A program made the position numbers and the translations under genes. 31,944 nucleotides of DNA from a virus. Lineage: Duplodnaviria > Heunggongvirae > Uroviricota > Caudoviricetes. The stretch lies in the IMG/VR virus record IMGVR_UViG_646311924_000023. The stretch is one strand, 5' to 3'. The notes under the pieces are model-generated. The model saw only the letters and a list, made by a program, of their open reading frames with translations, searched no databases and was not told the origin of the DNA. This document shows positions 1 to 10,341 of the stretch, in pieces. Positions within the stretch are counted from its first letter, which is position 1, and each line of letters opens with the position of its first letter.

Positions 1-483
1 ATGACGAAGAAAAAAGCACATAAACCTGGTTCAGCGACCATCGCGCTTAACAAGCGCGCCCGTCACGAATACTTTATCGAAGAAGAGTTCGAAGCGGGAC
101 TTGCCCTGCAAGGCTGGGAGGTTAAATCCCTGCGCGCAGGAAAAGCCAATATCAGCGACAGCTACGTCCTTCTGCGTGACGGAGAGGCATTTCTGTTTGG
201 CGCTAACATCACGCCAATGGCCGTGGCCTCCACGCATGTGGTGTGCGATCCTACCCGTACCCGCAAGTTACTTCTCAACCAGCGCGAACTGGACTCATTG
301 TACGGTCGCGTCAATCGAGAAGGCTATACCGTAGTGGCGCTCTCCCTGTACTGGAAAAATGCCTGGTGCAAAGTGAAAATCGGCGTCGCCAAAGGTAAAA
401 AACAGCACGATAAACGTTCAGATATCAAAGAACGCGAATGGCAGGTGGATAAAGCACGTATCATGAAAAACGCCCACCGTTAA
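1..483 (+). CDS. smpB: SsrA-binding protein SmpB
   Basis: Complete 160-aa ORF ([47 protein letters not shown]...) recognisable as enterobacterial SmpB; lies directly upstream of the tmRNA gene in the conserved smpB-ssrA arrangement. Confidence 0.96.
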
Positions 484-697
484 ACCTGCACTCCAATTAT
501 TGACCAGTTCCTCACCGCGCCTCCCTCTCCGGCGGCGCGAATGAACATCTTATTGGCTATCACATCCGACACAAATGTTGCCATCCCATTGCTTAATCGA
601 ATAAAAATCAGGCTACATGGGTGCTAAATCTTTAACGATAACGCCATTGAGGCTGGTCATGGCGCTCATAAATCTGGTATACTTGCCTTTACACATT

Positions 698-1060
698 GGG
701 GCTGATTCTGGATTCGACGGGATTTGCGAAACCCAAGGTGCATGCCGAGGGGCGGTTGGCCTCGTAAAAAGCCGCAAAAAATAGTCGCAAACGACGAAAA
801 CTACGCTTTAGCAGCTTAATAACCTGCTTAGAGCCCTCTCTCCCTAGCCTCCGCTCTTAGGACGGGGATCAAGAGAGGTCAAACCCAAAAGAGATCGCGT
901 GGAAGCCCTGCCTGGGGTTGAAGCGTTAAAACTTAATCAGGCTAGTTTGTTAGTGGCGTGTCCGTCCGCAGCTGGCAAGCGAATGTAAAGACTGACTAAG
1001 CATGTAGTACCGAGGATGTAGGAATTTCGGACGCGGGTTCAACTCCCGCCAGCTCCACCA
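698..1060 (+). ncRNA. ssrA: tmRNA (transfer-messenger RNA, SsrA)
   Basis: Begins GGGGCTGATTCTGGATTCGACGGG (tRNA-like 5' acceptor strand) and ends GGTTCAACTCCCGCCAGCTCCACCA (T-arm and acceptor 3' end); 363 nt, matching E. coli ssrA as remembered. Confidence 0.95.
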
Positions 1061-1270
1061 CTTTAAGAAGGACTACAACCGGACAGTAGCAATAAATACA
1101 GCCACTTACGGACACAAGCCAGACAGTAGTCGGACTGAAAAAAGACAAAAATATACACGTGAAATGCACGTGCACTTCTAAAAACCCCTAGTTATCACCG
1201 ACTGGGGTTTTTCAATTTGTAACTAAGGGTAACAAAAACACCCCCGTTTTTTTCATCTCACTCACCTTGA

Positions 1271-1318
1271 TACTGTTTATTTGTACAGTTAAAAATAATA
1301 CTGTATACAAACACAGTA
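1271..1318 (+). promoter_or_regulatory. Two tandem LexA (SOS) boxes upstream of the dinI-like gene
   Basis: TACTGTTTATTTGTACAGTT (1271-1290) and TACTGTATACAAACACAGTA (1299-1318) both fit CTGT-N8-ACAG; the second ends 14 nt before the ATG at 1332. Confidence 0.65.
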
Positions 1319-1331
1319 CAGAGGGACTTTT

Positions 1332-1580
1332 ATGCGTATTGAGATCTGCATAGCCAAAGAAAAAATGACTAAAATGCCAAACGGTGCTGTGGATGCGTTA
1401 AAGGAAGAATTAACCCGACGCATCAGTAAACGTTATGACGATGTAGAGGTGATCGTAAAAGCCACCAGCAACGATGGCCTTTCTGTTACGCGCACCGCCG
1501 ATAAAGATTCTGCAAAAACTTTTGTTCAGGAGACGCTGAAAGATACCTGGGAGTCTGCTGACGAGTGGTTTGTTCGCTAA
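1332..1580 (+). CDS. DinI-family DNA-damage-inducible protein (prophage-encoded)
   Basis: 82-aa ORF ([35 protein letters not shown]...[16 protein letters not shown]) resembling DinI (MRIEVTIAK...ETWESADDWF); preceded by GAGGGA Shine-Dalgarno and LexA boxes. Confidence 0.75.
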   Translation: MRIEICIAKEKMTKMPNGAVDALKEELTRRISKRYDDVEVIVKATSNDGLSVTRTADKDSAKTFVQETLKDTWESADEWFVR

Positions 1581-1905
1581 TAAACACGTAAATCGGTAAC
1601 GGCTGGAAATCATTCAATACTCGCACTATCGAAAGTTCACCAGCCAACCGCGACACGCTCTTACATACGAAGTGCCGCGCTTTCCTTAATAATTTTTTAG
1701 CAGTACTGTGTAAATAATGAGCGACCTAATCCATGCATGACGCGTAGTGCCTATTGTGCATCTTTCTGCGTCTCTTTTTACTGGACCCAAGCCAATGATG
1801 CTGGCGATACCATTCCCGCCAGGCCCACTTACAACAGTAAAATTCGGAGCTCTGCCTTTACATACAATACAATCTACCTAACAAATATCCCCCGGACATT
1901 GCAAC

Positions 1906-1934
1906 ACAAAAACCGGAGCCGGACTCCGGTTTTG
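1906..1934. terminator. Bidirectional rho-independent terminator candidate
   Basis: AAAAA-CCGGAG-CCGGA-CTCCGG-TTTT: 6-bp GC-rich stem flanked by an A-run and a T-run, between convergent dinI-like gene and the small - strand ORF. Confidence 0.5.
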
Positions 1935-1947
1935 TGAAGCTGTCGGG

Positions 1948-2256
1948 TTACTTCATCCCGCCAATATTTTCCCACCTCCCGTCAGCACGCAGGATTTGCA
2001 GCGGTCTTACCACGCACTGTATCTGCTTTTTATCCGCATCCAGTATCACCACCTGCGTGATTACCCTGTCCTGCTCCGGGATAATGCCATTCTCATCTGA
2101 CTCCAGGATGTCTGCCGGCCCCAGTCGCAGTTGTGCTGTAAGCGACTGCACGTGTTCACGGCCATCATGCTTTCCGCAACCACACAGACGCTGCATAAGT
2201 TTTTTTAGTATATTCATGTCATTCTCCTGTTCTGCCTGTATCACTGCCCACTTCAT
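1948..2256 (-). CDS. Hypothetical protein downstream of the tail fibre gene (tfa position)
   Basis: 102-aa ORF; an internal ATG at 2217 sits 1 nt from the tail-fibre stop (TGAcATG), suggesting translational coupling. No family recognised; function assigned only by position. Confidence 0.35.
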   Translation of the reverse strand: MKWAVIQAEQENDMNILKKLMQRLCGCGKHDGREHVQSLTAQLRLGPADILESDENGIIPEQDRVITQVVILDADKKQIQCVVRPLQILRADGRWENIGGMK

Positions 2257-3532
2257 TCAGCCCCTTAACATCCTGCCACGGCCCGTCACCAAACCTGACC
2301 TGCAAATGCCGAAACAGCCCCTGAACCTGTGTGGCATCTTTGGGGTCAAGAAAGGTCAGTCCGGTGATGAGTGCGCCATCTGTATCCGGGAACCAGCCAT
2401 GGCTGTTTGTCTCAATAATGTTTCCCGGCCCCAGACGGAACCGTATTTGTGTCTCCCCCGGGTCGCCCTTCGGTCCCTGAGGTCCGGTTGCCCCCACCGG
2501 GCCAGCCGCACCTGTTTCTCCTTTCGGTCCCTGTGGGCCTGCCGGGCCTGCCGCACCGGTATCTCCCTTTGGACCCTGTGGACCTGCATTTCCCGTCAGA
2601 CCGGTCTCTCCCCGCTCTCCCCTGTCACCTTTCGGCCCCTGCGGGCCTGCCGGACCAGCATCACCTGCCGGTCCCCGTTCGCCGGTTGCCCCGACAGGGC
2701 CGGTGTCACCGCGCTCTCCCTTATCACCCTTCGGCCCCTGAGGACCCGCGGGCCCCTGTTCCCCCTTTGGCCCGGGAGGTCCCACCACGGTGGGGATTCG
2801 GTTTACGGCCTCTTCCGCCGCTATCCTGCTTTGTTCCGCTGACTGTGCGCTTTCTGCTGACTCCCGGGCTTTTTCTGTTGCGGTCGTTGCATCCCTGGCT
2901 GCATTACCGGCTGCACTTTCTGCCGTCTTTCTTGACAATTCAGCTTCTGCTGCACTTTGTGATGACTCACTGGCTTTTTGAGCGGCCGCAGAAGCCGAGG
3001 ACGAGGACGCCTCCTCTGACTGCTTTGCAGCGGCTGCACTTTCTGCCGCCTGCCGGGCTGACTCCGATGCATCCCCTGCTGAAGTGTCAGCATTTGCAGC
3101 GCTCTCTTCTGCCTGACTGGCTGATATGCCGGCATTCCTCGCGGACGTCTCCGCCTCTCCGGCATTCTTCTTCGCCTCCTCAGCGTGACGCGCCACCTCT
3201 TCCACCATCAGTTCAAAACGGCGCAGTGCCTCCGGCCGGACGTCACCCTCCGTCATGGCACCGAGAAAATCATTCAGCGTACCGGGTCGGGAATCTTCAT
3301 ACACGGTGATGGTCCCGGCATGTGACGGCGGGAAGCCCTCCACCAACAGAATGACGCTGTACTGACCGTACTCAACGTCCATGCTGTAACGACCGGCTTC
3401 ATCCGGATTTTCAGAGGCCACCGTGTTCACCACCACCGTGCTGCTGGTCCGTCTGGCTTTCAGTTGAATGGTGCAGTTCTCTACCGGTTTTCCTGTGCCG
3501 TCTTTCAGTACACCTGAAATCTTTACTGCCAT
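2219..3532 (-). CDS. Side tail fibre protein with collagen-like Gly-X-Y repeats
   Basis: 437-aa ORF with about 110 residues of [28 protein letters not shown]... repeats and an Ala/Ser/Glu-rich low-complexity segment; follows lom and J as in lambdoid prophages. Confidence 0.85.
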   Translation of the reverse strand: MAVKISGVLKDGTGKPVENCTIQLKARRTSSTVVVNTVASENPDEAGRYSMDVEYGQYSVILLVEGFPPSHAGTITVYEDSRPGTLNDFLGAMTEGDVRPEALRRFELMVEEVARHAEEAKKNAGEAETSARNAGISASQAEESAANADTSAGDASESARQAAESAAAAKQSEEASSSSASAAAQKASESSQSAAEAELSRKTAESAAGNAARDATTATEKARESAESAQSAEQSRIAAEEAVNRIPTVVGPPGPKGEQGPAGPQGPKGDKGERGDTGPVGATGERGPAGDAGPAGPQGPKGDRGERGETGLTGNAGPQGPKGDTGAAGPAGPQGPKGETGAAGPVGATGPQGPKGDPGETQIRFRLGPGNIIETNSHGWFPDTDGALITGLTFLDPKDATQVQGLFRHLQVRFGDGPWQDVKGLNEVGSDTGRTGE

Positions 3533-3542
3533 ATTCCCCCCA

Positions 3543-3570
3543 CAAAAAAGCCCGCCTGAACCGGCGGGCT
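3543..3570 (-). terminator. Rho-independent terminator candidate between lom and tail fibre
   Basis: On the - strand AGCCCGCC-GGTTCA-GGCGGGCT (8-bp stem) followed by TTTTTT. Confidence 0.5.
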
Positions 3571-3596
3571 GTCATAACACTGTGTTACCTGGCTAA

Positions 3597-4196
3597 TCAG
3601 AATTTATAACCGACACCCACGATGAAACCGTCAGTGCGCCAGTCGCCACTGCCGGAGCCTTCATAAGCAATATCAATGGCCACGGATTCGGTCGGGTTAA
3701 ACTGCACGCCAGCTCCCCACGCCAGAGACGTGTTGCTGTGGCGACCGTCATCACTTCCGGTCAGCACATCGTGCGTTTTCCCCTTGTTGTCAGTTACGCG
3801 GAGATAATCCCCGGAGAAAGTCGACACACGGCTGTAAGCCACACCCGCCATCGCATACGCGCTGAACCATTCATTCACGCGTACAGACGGCCCCGCCATC
3901 ACGCTGAACCAGCGGTTACGCACGGAATCTTCATGCCAGCGGGTATCGCTGTAATGGGTCAGCTGGCGATTCCTGTCTCCTGCATAGCTGAACGACGTCA
4001 CCATCCCCAGTGTGTCCGTAAACTCATAACGGTATTTCACGTTAATCCCGTTCAGTTCATCGCTGCCGGGAACGTTCGTCGAGACATGAAGATACCCCGC
4101 GCTCAGCGTGGACTGATGTTCAGACGCCCATGCAGGCGCACCGGATACGGCCAGACAAATGGCTGCGGACAAAATGGCGGCATAAAGTTTACGCAT
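3597..4196 (-). CDS. lom: Lom-like outer membrane protein (Ail/Lom/OmpX family)
   Basis: 199-aa ORF with signal peptide (MRKLYAAILSAAICLAVSGAPAWA) and C-terminal ...GFIVGVGYKF beta-barrel terminus typical of lambda Lom; located between J and the tail fibre. Confidence 0.85.
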   Translation of the reverse strand: MRKLYAAILSAAICLAVSGAPAWASEHQSTLSAGYLHVSTNVPGSDELNGINVKYRYEFTDTLGMVTSFSYAGDRNRQLTHYSDTRWHEDSVRNRWFSVMAGPSVRVNEWFSAYAMAGVAYSRVSTFSGDYLRVTDNKGKTHDVLTGSDDGRHSNTSLAWGAGVQFNPTESVAIDIAYEGSGSGDWRTDGFIVGVGYKF

Positions 4197-4220
4197 AATT
4201 ACCTCTCGCTTTTCTGCAAT

Positions 4221-4244
4221 AAAAAAGGCGCCATTTCTGGCGCC
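4221..4244 (-). terminator. Rho-independent terminator candidate downstream of J
   Basis: On the - strand GGCGCCA-GAAA-TGGCGCC followed by TTTTTT (complement of the A-run at 4221-4226). Confidence 0.5.
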
Positions 4245-4263
4245 CGTATATGGGTTATAAAAT

Positions 4264-7200
4264 TCAGCTGATACTGATGCCTGCGGTGGCTTTCTTCATC
4301 ACAACAACCAGCAGATCGCTGATACTGGTTGTTGGTGTCCAGTTATTCGCTCCTGATGAAGATACGGTGAATGTCAGTGTCAGCGTCCCCTGTCCGGCAG
4401 GCATATCTATAACTGAGGAAAATACGCCCTGAGCATCCGTCGTGGACTGATTAAAAATCTCCTGACCATTGCGGGTCACTCTTAACCGGCAGGTTGAATA
4501 CCAGTATGACTGTTGGTTATTACTGTTGAAATTCTCATGCTTACCACCGCGGAATAACACTGGCGGTATCATGACCTGCCGGTCAAACTTCTGATCATCA
4601 CTGATTCTTACCGTGATGGTGCCACTGGCATAAGTGCTCGTGCGGGGGAAAGACTTGCTGACCGTTTTGACAATATCGCCTTCAATCTGGTTGGCTGACA
4701 GTTTCCCCTTAATCTGACAGTTCTCATTAATCGTGACGTTGTTGAGCGTCCCTGAGTTCGCATTCACACTGCCACTGATATCCGCATTTTTCGCCGTCAG
4801 TCGCCCGTCCGGCGTCAGGGAAAATGCCGGAGGATTGCCGGATGATGTGATGCTCACCGCAAACAGTCGTTTCAGGAACACGTCGTTCATGAACAGCTGA
4901 TTCCCCTGCGCCACAAATAACGGCGTGCTGTTGCCGCTCTCCGGATTTATCATCGCGATACGGTCAGCCAGCAGCAGTATGTTGCTCAGTGGCTGGCCAT
5001 CAGTATCCTCAATCCCTGCACCAATCCCGGCCACATAGGGAATGCCGTCTTTCGTTTTTTGAACCTTCAGCATGTACAGCGCAGCCAGGTCATCATTTGT
5101 GTCCTTCTGCACGCGCTGTATCTGCTGTATGGTGGCGCTCTGGTCCTCCAGCGTTTTACTGACCGTCTGTGTGATTTCATTGCGGGTTTCCGTGATGCTG
5201 GTCTTCATCTCCGCCATCTCATCCGCAAGCTGGCTGTTATCTATCAGTTCCCACACCCCCTGAGCCAGATGCAGTTTTCCTATTTTTTCCCGGAAAAATT
5301 CCAGATACCCTTCACCATCATTGCTGGGCTGCCCGCTGACTTCCACAAACGCAGATTTCCCCACCAGGTTGACGCTGCGCACGTAAAACCAGAAATCCTT
5401 CCCGGGCTTAATGTGCGGGCCGGATACACTCCACTGACTGCCGGTCCCCAGATAACGGGCAGAGGTTTCCACCTGAGATGTGTCTGCGATTTTTGCCTCC
5501 GAAAACCAGAACTCAAACTGTACCGTCGGGTCATAAACGGCAAGATGCGGCGTGGCGGTTATCTGAAAATAGCCCGGCGTCAGCTCAATCCGCGACGGTG
5601 CTGCCGGTGCGGCAATCCGGAAGGTGGTGGTGGCAGGTTCACCCTGCTGGCCATAGCTGTTTATCGCCCGCACCGTCAGGGTGTATTCCCCGAGCGGCAG
5701 GCCGCTGAAACGGTGCTCCGTGTCTGCGGTGATGGCGGTGGTCACCAGTCTGGCATCCGTTCCCTTACCACTGGTCAGGCGCAGACTGAAGCGCACGCCC
5801 TTCACCACCCGCGGCGTGTCCCATTTCGCCTGTGCCAGATACTGACCGTCAGCCGCGCTCACCTCCACCGTCAGGTGCTGCACAGCCGGCGGGATGACGC
5901 TGTTCAGCGAACCGGACAGTGGCTCAAAGCTGGCCCCGTTATCCACAATGGCTTCTTTTTCCGGTACGTGCTGCACCGCCGTGATGGCAAAGGTGCCGTC
6001 CGTGTTTTCCCGGATGGAGACACAGCGGAACAGGCGACGACGCAGTGACGGCAGGGAGAGTCCCCATACACCGTATGTCTCCACGCCATCCGGCAGGGTG
6101 CTGACCTGTATCCGGTCCGGCGCGGGGTGTGCAGTGATGGCCACGCTCACCGGCTTACCGCTGCCGTTAATCAGGTTCACCGTCGGTGTACCTGTCTCCG
6201 GCAGGGTCACCTCACGGTCCAGTGTCAGGGTGCGGCTGGCGGCATCGATGGACAGGACACGTCCGCCGGTCATGGTCCCGGCATAGTCGTTATCACAGAT
6301 TTCAATAATGTCACCGGGTGTGTGACGCAGCCCCTGAGACCCGAGCGTGAAATCCACCGTCTGCGTTTCCAGCAGTCCGGTCTTTATCACCCACAGTCCG
6401 GCACGGTAGGCCTGACCGCGGCTGGTACAGCCGAACGCGTCCATCTTCAGCAGGTTGCGTCCGTAGCGCAGTATGGCTTCCGGGTCTTCCACCAGTTCCG
6501 TGGAGGTCTGCCAGCCGTTCTGCGGGTCGGTGTAATTCACCTCCACCGCCGTGTGCCGGTCCTTCAGGGCACTGAAGCTGTAGCGGAATCCCACGCCGTT
6601 ATCATCCACCACCACATCGCTGTTGGTGTACGGCCACACCACATCCGACGGGCGGTCCTGAACGAACGTCAGCGTCTGACCGTTCCATACCGGCATACAG
6701 CGCATCGCAGAGCAGAAATCACTGAGAACGTCCCACGCCTTACGCTGTTGTGCCAGGTACGCATTAAAGGTCATCCGCGGCTCGGTCCCCCCGAAACCAT
6801 CCGGGACCGTCTGGTCGCAGTACTGCCCGATGGCATACAGCGCCCACTTGTCCACATCCGCCGCCCCCAGACGTTTTCCCATGCCGTAGCGCGGGTGAGT
6901 CAGCATGTCCCACAGACACCAGGCCGGGTTGTTGCTGTATGCCGGTTTCAGACTGCCGTCCCAGATACCACTGTACGTGCGTTTTTCCGGGTCGTAGTTT
7001 GACGGCACCTGGATGATGCGACCGCGGATATGGTAGTTCACCGTCATCTGCTGGCCGCCGAACTGCTCCGCATCCACCTGCAGCCCCACAATGGCCGTGT
7101 TCGGGTAGCACTGTTTCACATCGATGATTTCGGTGTATGACGACCACAGCGTCTTATTCTGCAGCTGGTCCGTGGTGCTGTCCGCCGTCTCCCTGACCAT

Positions 7201-7740
7201 CCGGATGTTAAAGGGCCGGGGCGGCAGATTATCCAGAATCACCGACGCCAGGAACTGCGAGGTGGTCTTGCCGTTAATGGTGACATCCTTTTCTGTCACC
7301 CAGTTACCGTTACGCTGTAACTGAATCAGCAGGCGGACGGATGCCGGGTTACGGTCACCCTTTGAGGTGGTCTCCACCAGTGACTGCACCCCGAAGGTAA
7401 CCCGCAGGCGGTCAATGTTCGCGGACGTAATGGTGCGCGTCACCGGTTTTGCCTTCGTCACTTCCACGCCCAGTCCGGTTTCAGCTCCGGAGGACTCAAA
7501 GCCTTCCGGTGGTGTCTGCTCCTGCTCCCCGGCACGCCAGACCGCAGTCACACCGTGTATCACGGGATTACCGTCCGTGTCCGTCAGCGGGGTTTTGTTC
7601 ACCAGAATACTCTGCAGCCCCTTCACCGGACCTTCAATCGGCCCTTCACCAATGGCATCAATCACGCTCATCATCTGCGTGGACTTAAGATTGTCCTTTG
7701 CCTCAACCGGCGTGTGCGCCTTGCCGCCACCTTTACCCAC
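4264..7740 (-). CDS. J: Tail tip / host specificity protein J
   Basis: 1158-aa ORF, GTG start preceded by a G-rich Shine-Dalgarno; N-terminal region and size match lambda J family; downstream of I in lambda order. Confidence 0.9.
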   Translation of the reverse strand: MGKGGGKAHTPVEAKDNLKSTQMMSVIDAIGEGPIEGPVKGLQSILVNKTPLTDTDGNPVIHGVTAVWRAGEQEQTPPEGFESSGAETGLGVEVTKAKPVTRTITSANIDRLRVTFGVQSLVETTSKGDRNPASVRLLIQLQRNGNWVTEKDVTINGKTTSQFLASVILDNLPPRPFNIRMVRETADSTTDQLQNKTLWSSYTEIIDVKQCYPNTAIVGLQVDAEQFGGQQMTVNYHIRGRIIQVPSNYDPEKRTYSGIWDGSLKPAYSNNPAWCLWDMLTHPRYGMGKRLGAADVDKWALYAIGQYCDQTVPDGFGGTEPRMTFNAYLAQQRKAWDVLSDFCSAMRCMPVWNGQTLTFVQDRPSDVVWPYTNSDVVVDDNGVGFRYSFSALKDRHTAVEVNYTDPQNGWQTSTELVEDPEAILRYGRNLLKMDAFGCTSRGQAYRAGLWVIKTGLLETQTVDFTLGSQGLRHTPGDIIEICDNDYAGTMTGGRVLSIDAASRTLTLDREVTLPETGTPTVNLINGSGKPVSVAITAHPAPDRIQVSTLPDGVETYGVWGLSLPSLRRRLFRCVSIRENTDGTFAITAVQHVPEKEAIVDNGASFEPLSGSLNSVIPPAVQHLTVEVSAADGQYLAQAKWDTPRVVKGVRFSLRLTSGKGTDARLVTTAITADTEHRFSGLPLGEYTLTVRAINSYGQQGEPATTTFRIAAPAAPSRIELTPGYFQITATPHLAVYDPTVQFEFWFSEAKIADTSQVETSARYLGTGSQWSVSGPHIKPGKDFWFYVRSVNLVGKSAFVEVSGQPSNDGEGYLEFFREKIGKLHLAQGVWELIDNSQLADEMAEMKTSITETRNEITQTVSKTLEDQSATIQQIQRVQKDTNDDLAALYMLKVQKTKDGIPYVAGIGAGIEDTDGQPLSNILLLADRIAMINPESGNSTPLFVAQGNQLFMNDVFLKRLFAVSITSSGNPPAFSLTPDGRLTAKNADISGSVNANSGTLNNVTINENCQIKGKLSANQIEGDIVKTVSKSFPRTSTYASGTITVRISDDQKFDRQVMIPPVLFRGGKHENFNSNNQQSYWYSTCRLRVTRNGQEIFNQSTTDAQGVFSSVIDMPAGQGTLTLTFTVSSSGANNWTPTTSISDLLVVVMKKATAGISIS

Positions 7741-7785
7741 TCTGTCCCCCTCTCCTGTCTGATGTCTGAATCTGTTTATGCCCCA

Positions 7786-7815
7786 AAAACGACAGGCACC
7801 CCGGAGGGTGCCTGT
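7786..7815 (-). terminator. Strong hairpin with U-run between I and J (attenuator or terminator candidate)
   Basis: - strand: ACAGGCACCC-TCCG-GGGTGCCTGT (perfect 10-bp stem) followed by CGTTTTTGGGG, about 50 nt upstream of the J start. Confidence 0.45.
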
Positions 7816-7986
7816 GTCATGACGGAATAAAATTTCTGAATTTCTTCACATTTTCTGTACGCCCCCGTGGCAGATATCATTCCCGGGCGTTACAGTTTTT
7901 TCGGGCCAATAAAAACAAAACTCCCTGTGGTTAATCTTCATTTTCTGTTCCCGCAGCCTCCATACACTGCGGGATTTTTTTATGCT

Positions 7987-8667
7987 TTACCCCTGCCGCC
8001 CGATAACCACCACCTTCCCGTCACCGCCTTCATCACGGGTACTGATGTCCTGGGAGATTCGCCGTGAGCCAACCAGCATTTCACCGTAAGGCACCGGCAT
8101 CGGGTTCCCCTGGGCAATCATGTTATCCAGCGACGAAAAGTACGTGTTCTGTTTACCGTTATCCGTTGCCCTGTATTCCGGTGTTTTTGGCTTCGGGGCC
8201 AGCATCTGTGCCACACCACCCAGTATCATGCTGGCACCCAGTGAAAACAGCATCGTGGTGGCAGAAAAACCACCGGCTGCCAGGGCTGAACCCCATAACG
8301 CCATCGATGCCCCGGCAGTGAAGAAAGAGCCCACGATGGCTGCCGCCCCCAGCACAATCTGCAGTCCACCCTTTCCGGCCCCGGCCAGTCGCGGCACAAT
8401 GTGGATGACCGTTCCCTCACCCAGCTGTTCGTGAAGACGGGCGTACACCGCCTCCGGTGCCGTGTCCTCACCGCGAATACGTATCTGGTACCAGCCTTCG
8501 TTCATCTGACGGCGGAATCCCGGCATCTGCAGCGACAGGGCACGGATGGCTTCCGCTGCCGTGTTCACGTACAGGCTGAGGCGGCGGCCAAATCGTTGCA
8601 AATCCCCGTGAAGGCAGATGCGTGCCAGTGGCGGTGACGCCAGACAGAATGCGTTCGTCGTTGCCAT
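7987..8667 (-). CDS. I: Tail assembly protein I
   Basis: 226-aa ORF (MATTNAFCLASPPLARICLHGDLQRFGRR...NGKQNTYFSSLDNMIAQGN...) closely resembling lambda I. Confidence 0.88.
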   Translation of the reverse strand: MATTNAFCLASPPLARICLHGDLQRFGRRLSLYVNTAAEAIRALSLQMPGFRRQMNEGWYQIRIRGEDTAPEAVYARLHEQLGEGTVIHIVPRLAGAGKGGLQIVLGAAAIVGSFFTAGASMALWGSALAAGGFSATTMLFSLGASMILGGVAQMLAPKPKTPEYRATDNGKQNTYFSSLDNMIAQGNPMPVPYGEMLVGSRRISQDISTRDEGGDGKVVVIGRQG

Positions 8668-9308
8668 TTTTCAGAATACCTCTCCCGTTTACTCAGTTGT
8701 TCAGGCAGATGGTGAAGCAGTTCACCGTTGCCGCAGTAAATGGCGGCATGATTGGCCACCGATGCGCCAAAGCAGCACAGCAGGATATCGCCCGCCTGTG
8801 CAGAGGACAGGGGCACCCGGTAAAAGCCGGTGACCGCCATATTGTCCAGGTAAAGGTTCTGACCGTTACGCCACCAGTCATCCTCACGCTCAAAATCCGG
8901 CATATCAATTCCCGCCAGATGGTATGCATCCCGGAACAGCGTGTAACAGTCCGTCACCCCGTGCTCAAAGCGCCGTCCTGTCAGATGTGGCACACAGCGG
9001 AATTTATGAATGTCCCCCCGGCAGACCAGCCACCAGGACAGTGCACTTTTTATCTGCAGCCGCCGGTCGGCCTCGCTCAGCCAGGGCAGACCACCGGGAT
9101 GACTGTGGACCAGTGCCACAATCTCCCCCTGCATCTCTGCCCGCAGCCAGTCTTCCGGTGCAATACGAAAATACGCCTCCGGCTCTGCAGAGATATTCAC
9201 ACAAGGGATATACCGCTCCCCCTCCGGCGTTCTCACCACGAAGCCGCACGACTCCGCAGGCACACACCGCCGGGCATGCGCCAGAATCGCTGATTCTGTC
9301 TGTGTCAT
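8565..9308 (-). CDS. K: Tail assembly protein K (NlpC/P60 and JAB/MPN-like)
   Basis: 247-aa ORF (MTQTESAILAHARRCVPAESCGFVV...HSHPGG...) matching lambda K; overlaps the start of I. Confidence 0.88.
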   Translation of the reverse strand: MTQTESAILAHARRCVPAESCGFVVRTPEGERYIPCVNISAEPEAYFRIAPEDWLRAEMQGEIVALVHSHPGGLPWLSEADRRLQIKSALSWWLVCRGDIHKFRCVPHLTGRRFEHGVTDCYTLFRDAYHLAGIDMPDFEREDDWWRNGQNLYLDNMAVTGFYRVPLSSAQAGDILLCCFGASVANHAAIYCGNGELLHHLPEQLSKRERYSEKWQRRTHSVWRHRHWHASAFTGICNDLAAASACT

Positions 9309-9313
9309 TGGAT

Positions 9314-10012
9314 TTACTGCGAAAGTTTGTTAATGGAAAGGAAACCGCCAAAATTAGCCACCATGCCGCGCATCTCACACCCGCGCATGCACTTGCTGCA
9401 TCTGTCCTTACGGATATCGGTGGTGGGTTTATCGAACTCATCCGCCACCGCAGGACCGTTATACCCGCATTCATCTCCCCGGTAATCCCACATACAGGTG
9501 TTCGCCAGCATGATGCGACCGGGAAACAGCGCTCCGTCCGTCTCCGTCGGTGTGGCCAGCACAAACGAGGCCGTCATGGCCGTCAGCTCTGACATCTGCT
9601 CCACCACCCACCGGTCAGTCAGCTCCTGCTCCGGGTCGGCCTCCGGATTGCCTGCCACAAAGTTCACCGCATCCAGAAAACGCGCATACACCCGGCGGCG
9701 GACCACCGTGGCACCCACCAGGCTCTGCAAATCCTCCGCCATCCCGGTGACAAGACCGAACAGATTGGACACCGTCAGCGACGGGCGGGCACTGCTGCCC
9801 TTTCCGTTCATCTCAAAGCCGCTGCCCTCAATCGGGTACGCCTGATATTCACGCCCCTGCCAGGTCACCGGCTCCCCTTTTTCATTCAGCTCATTGCAGA
9901 AAAAATACCGCTCACCGCCCTGCGCCGTCAGGTCGATTTCCCAGAGTACCACCCGCGGTGACTGCTCTGATTTAACCGACTCGTTCAGACTTTCTTCGTG
10001 AATATCCTGCAT
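9314..10012 (-). CDS. L: Minor tail protein L
   Basis: 232-aa ORF with the conserved Cys-rich C-terminus (DYRGDECGYNGPAV...CSKCMRGCEMR) of lambda L. Confidence 0.9.
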   Translation of the reverse strand: MQDIHEESLNESVKSEQSPRVVLWEIDLTAQGGERYFFCNELNEKGEPVTWQGREYQAYPIEGSGFEMNGKGSSARPSLTVSNLFGLVTGMAEDLQSLVGATVVRRRVYARFLDAVNFVAGNPEADPEQELTDRWVVEQMSELTAMTASFVLATPTETDGALFPGRIMLANTCMWDYRGDECGYNGPAVADEFDKPTTDIRKDRCSKCMRGCEMRGMVANFGGFLSINKLSQ

Positions 10013-10341
10013 CAGTTCACCACCTGCTTAAACTCCGCGCTGAACTCAACGCGCAACATCCCGACCCGCGCAGACCACCCGGCACAGGTCACCTTTATCT
10101 GCCGGTATGCATAGGGTGGCTTCCACAAAAATGCCTTCCAGCCTCCGTGCTCTGCCAGGAACGCTTCCAGATGCCGGGCCTCCTCCCGGGTCACGGAAAG
10201 CGTCACACGGTATGTTTTCAGGTCAGCATTCAGCCCTGCCGCCATACGCTGTGAGTACCCGTCACCAAAACGCACTTCACGCACCGACGGCTGCGAGTTC
10301 ACCTCCATATCCGGCTTCACTTTCCAGCGAAAGGTTTTCAT
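10012..10341 (-). CDS. M: Minor tail protein M
   Basis: 109-aa ORF (MKTFRWKVKPDMEVNSQPSVREVRFGDGYSQR...) matching lambda M; stop/start overlap with L. Confidence 0.9.
   Translation of the reverse strand: MKTFRWKVKPDMEVNSQPSVREVRFGDGYSQRMAAGLNADLKTYRVTLSVTREEARHLEAFLAEHGGWKAFLWKPPYAYRQIKVTCAGWSARVGMLRVEFSAEFKQVVN

Noticed and set aside
1934-2842. 302-aa + strand ORF overlapping the tail fibre gene
   Set aside because: Antisense shadow of the GC-rich collagen-like repeat region; Cys/Ser/Pro/Arg-rich low-complexity translation with no start context.
5059-7002. Several 60-330 aa + strand ORFs inside the J gene region
   Set aside because: All lie antisense to the well-supported 1158-aa J ORF and translate to Arg/His/Pro-rich low-complexity sequence typical of shadow ORFs.
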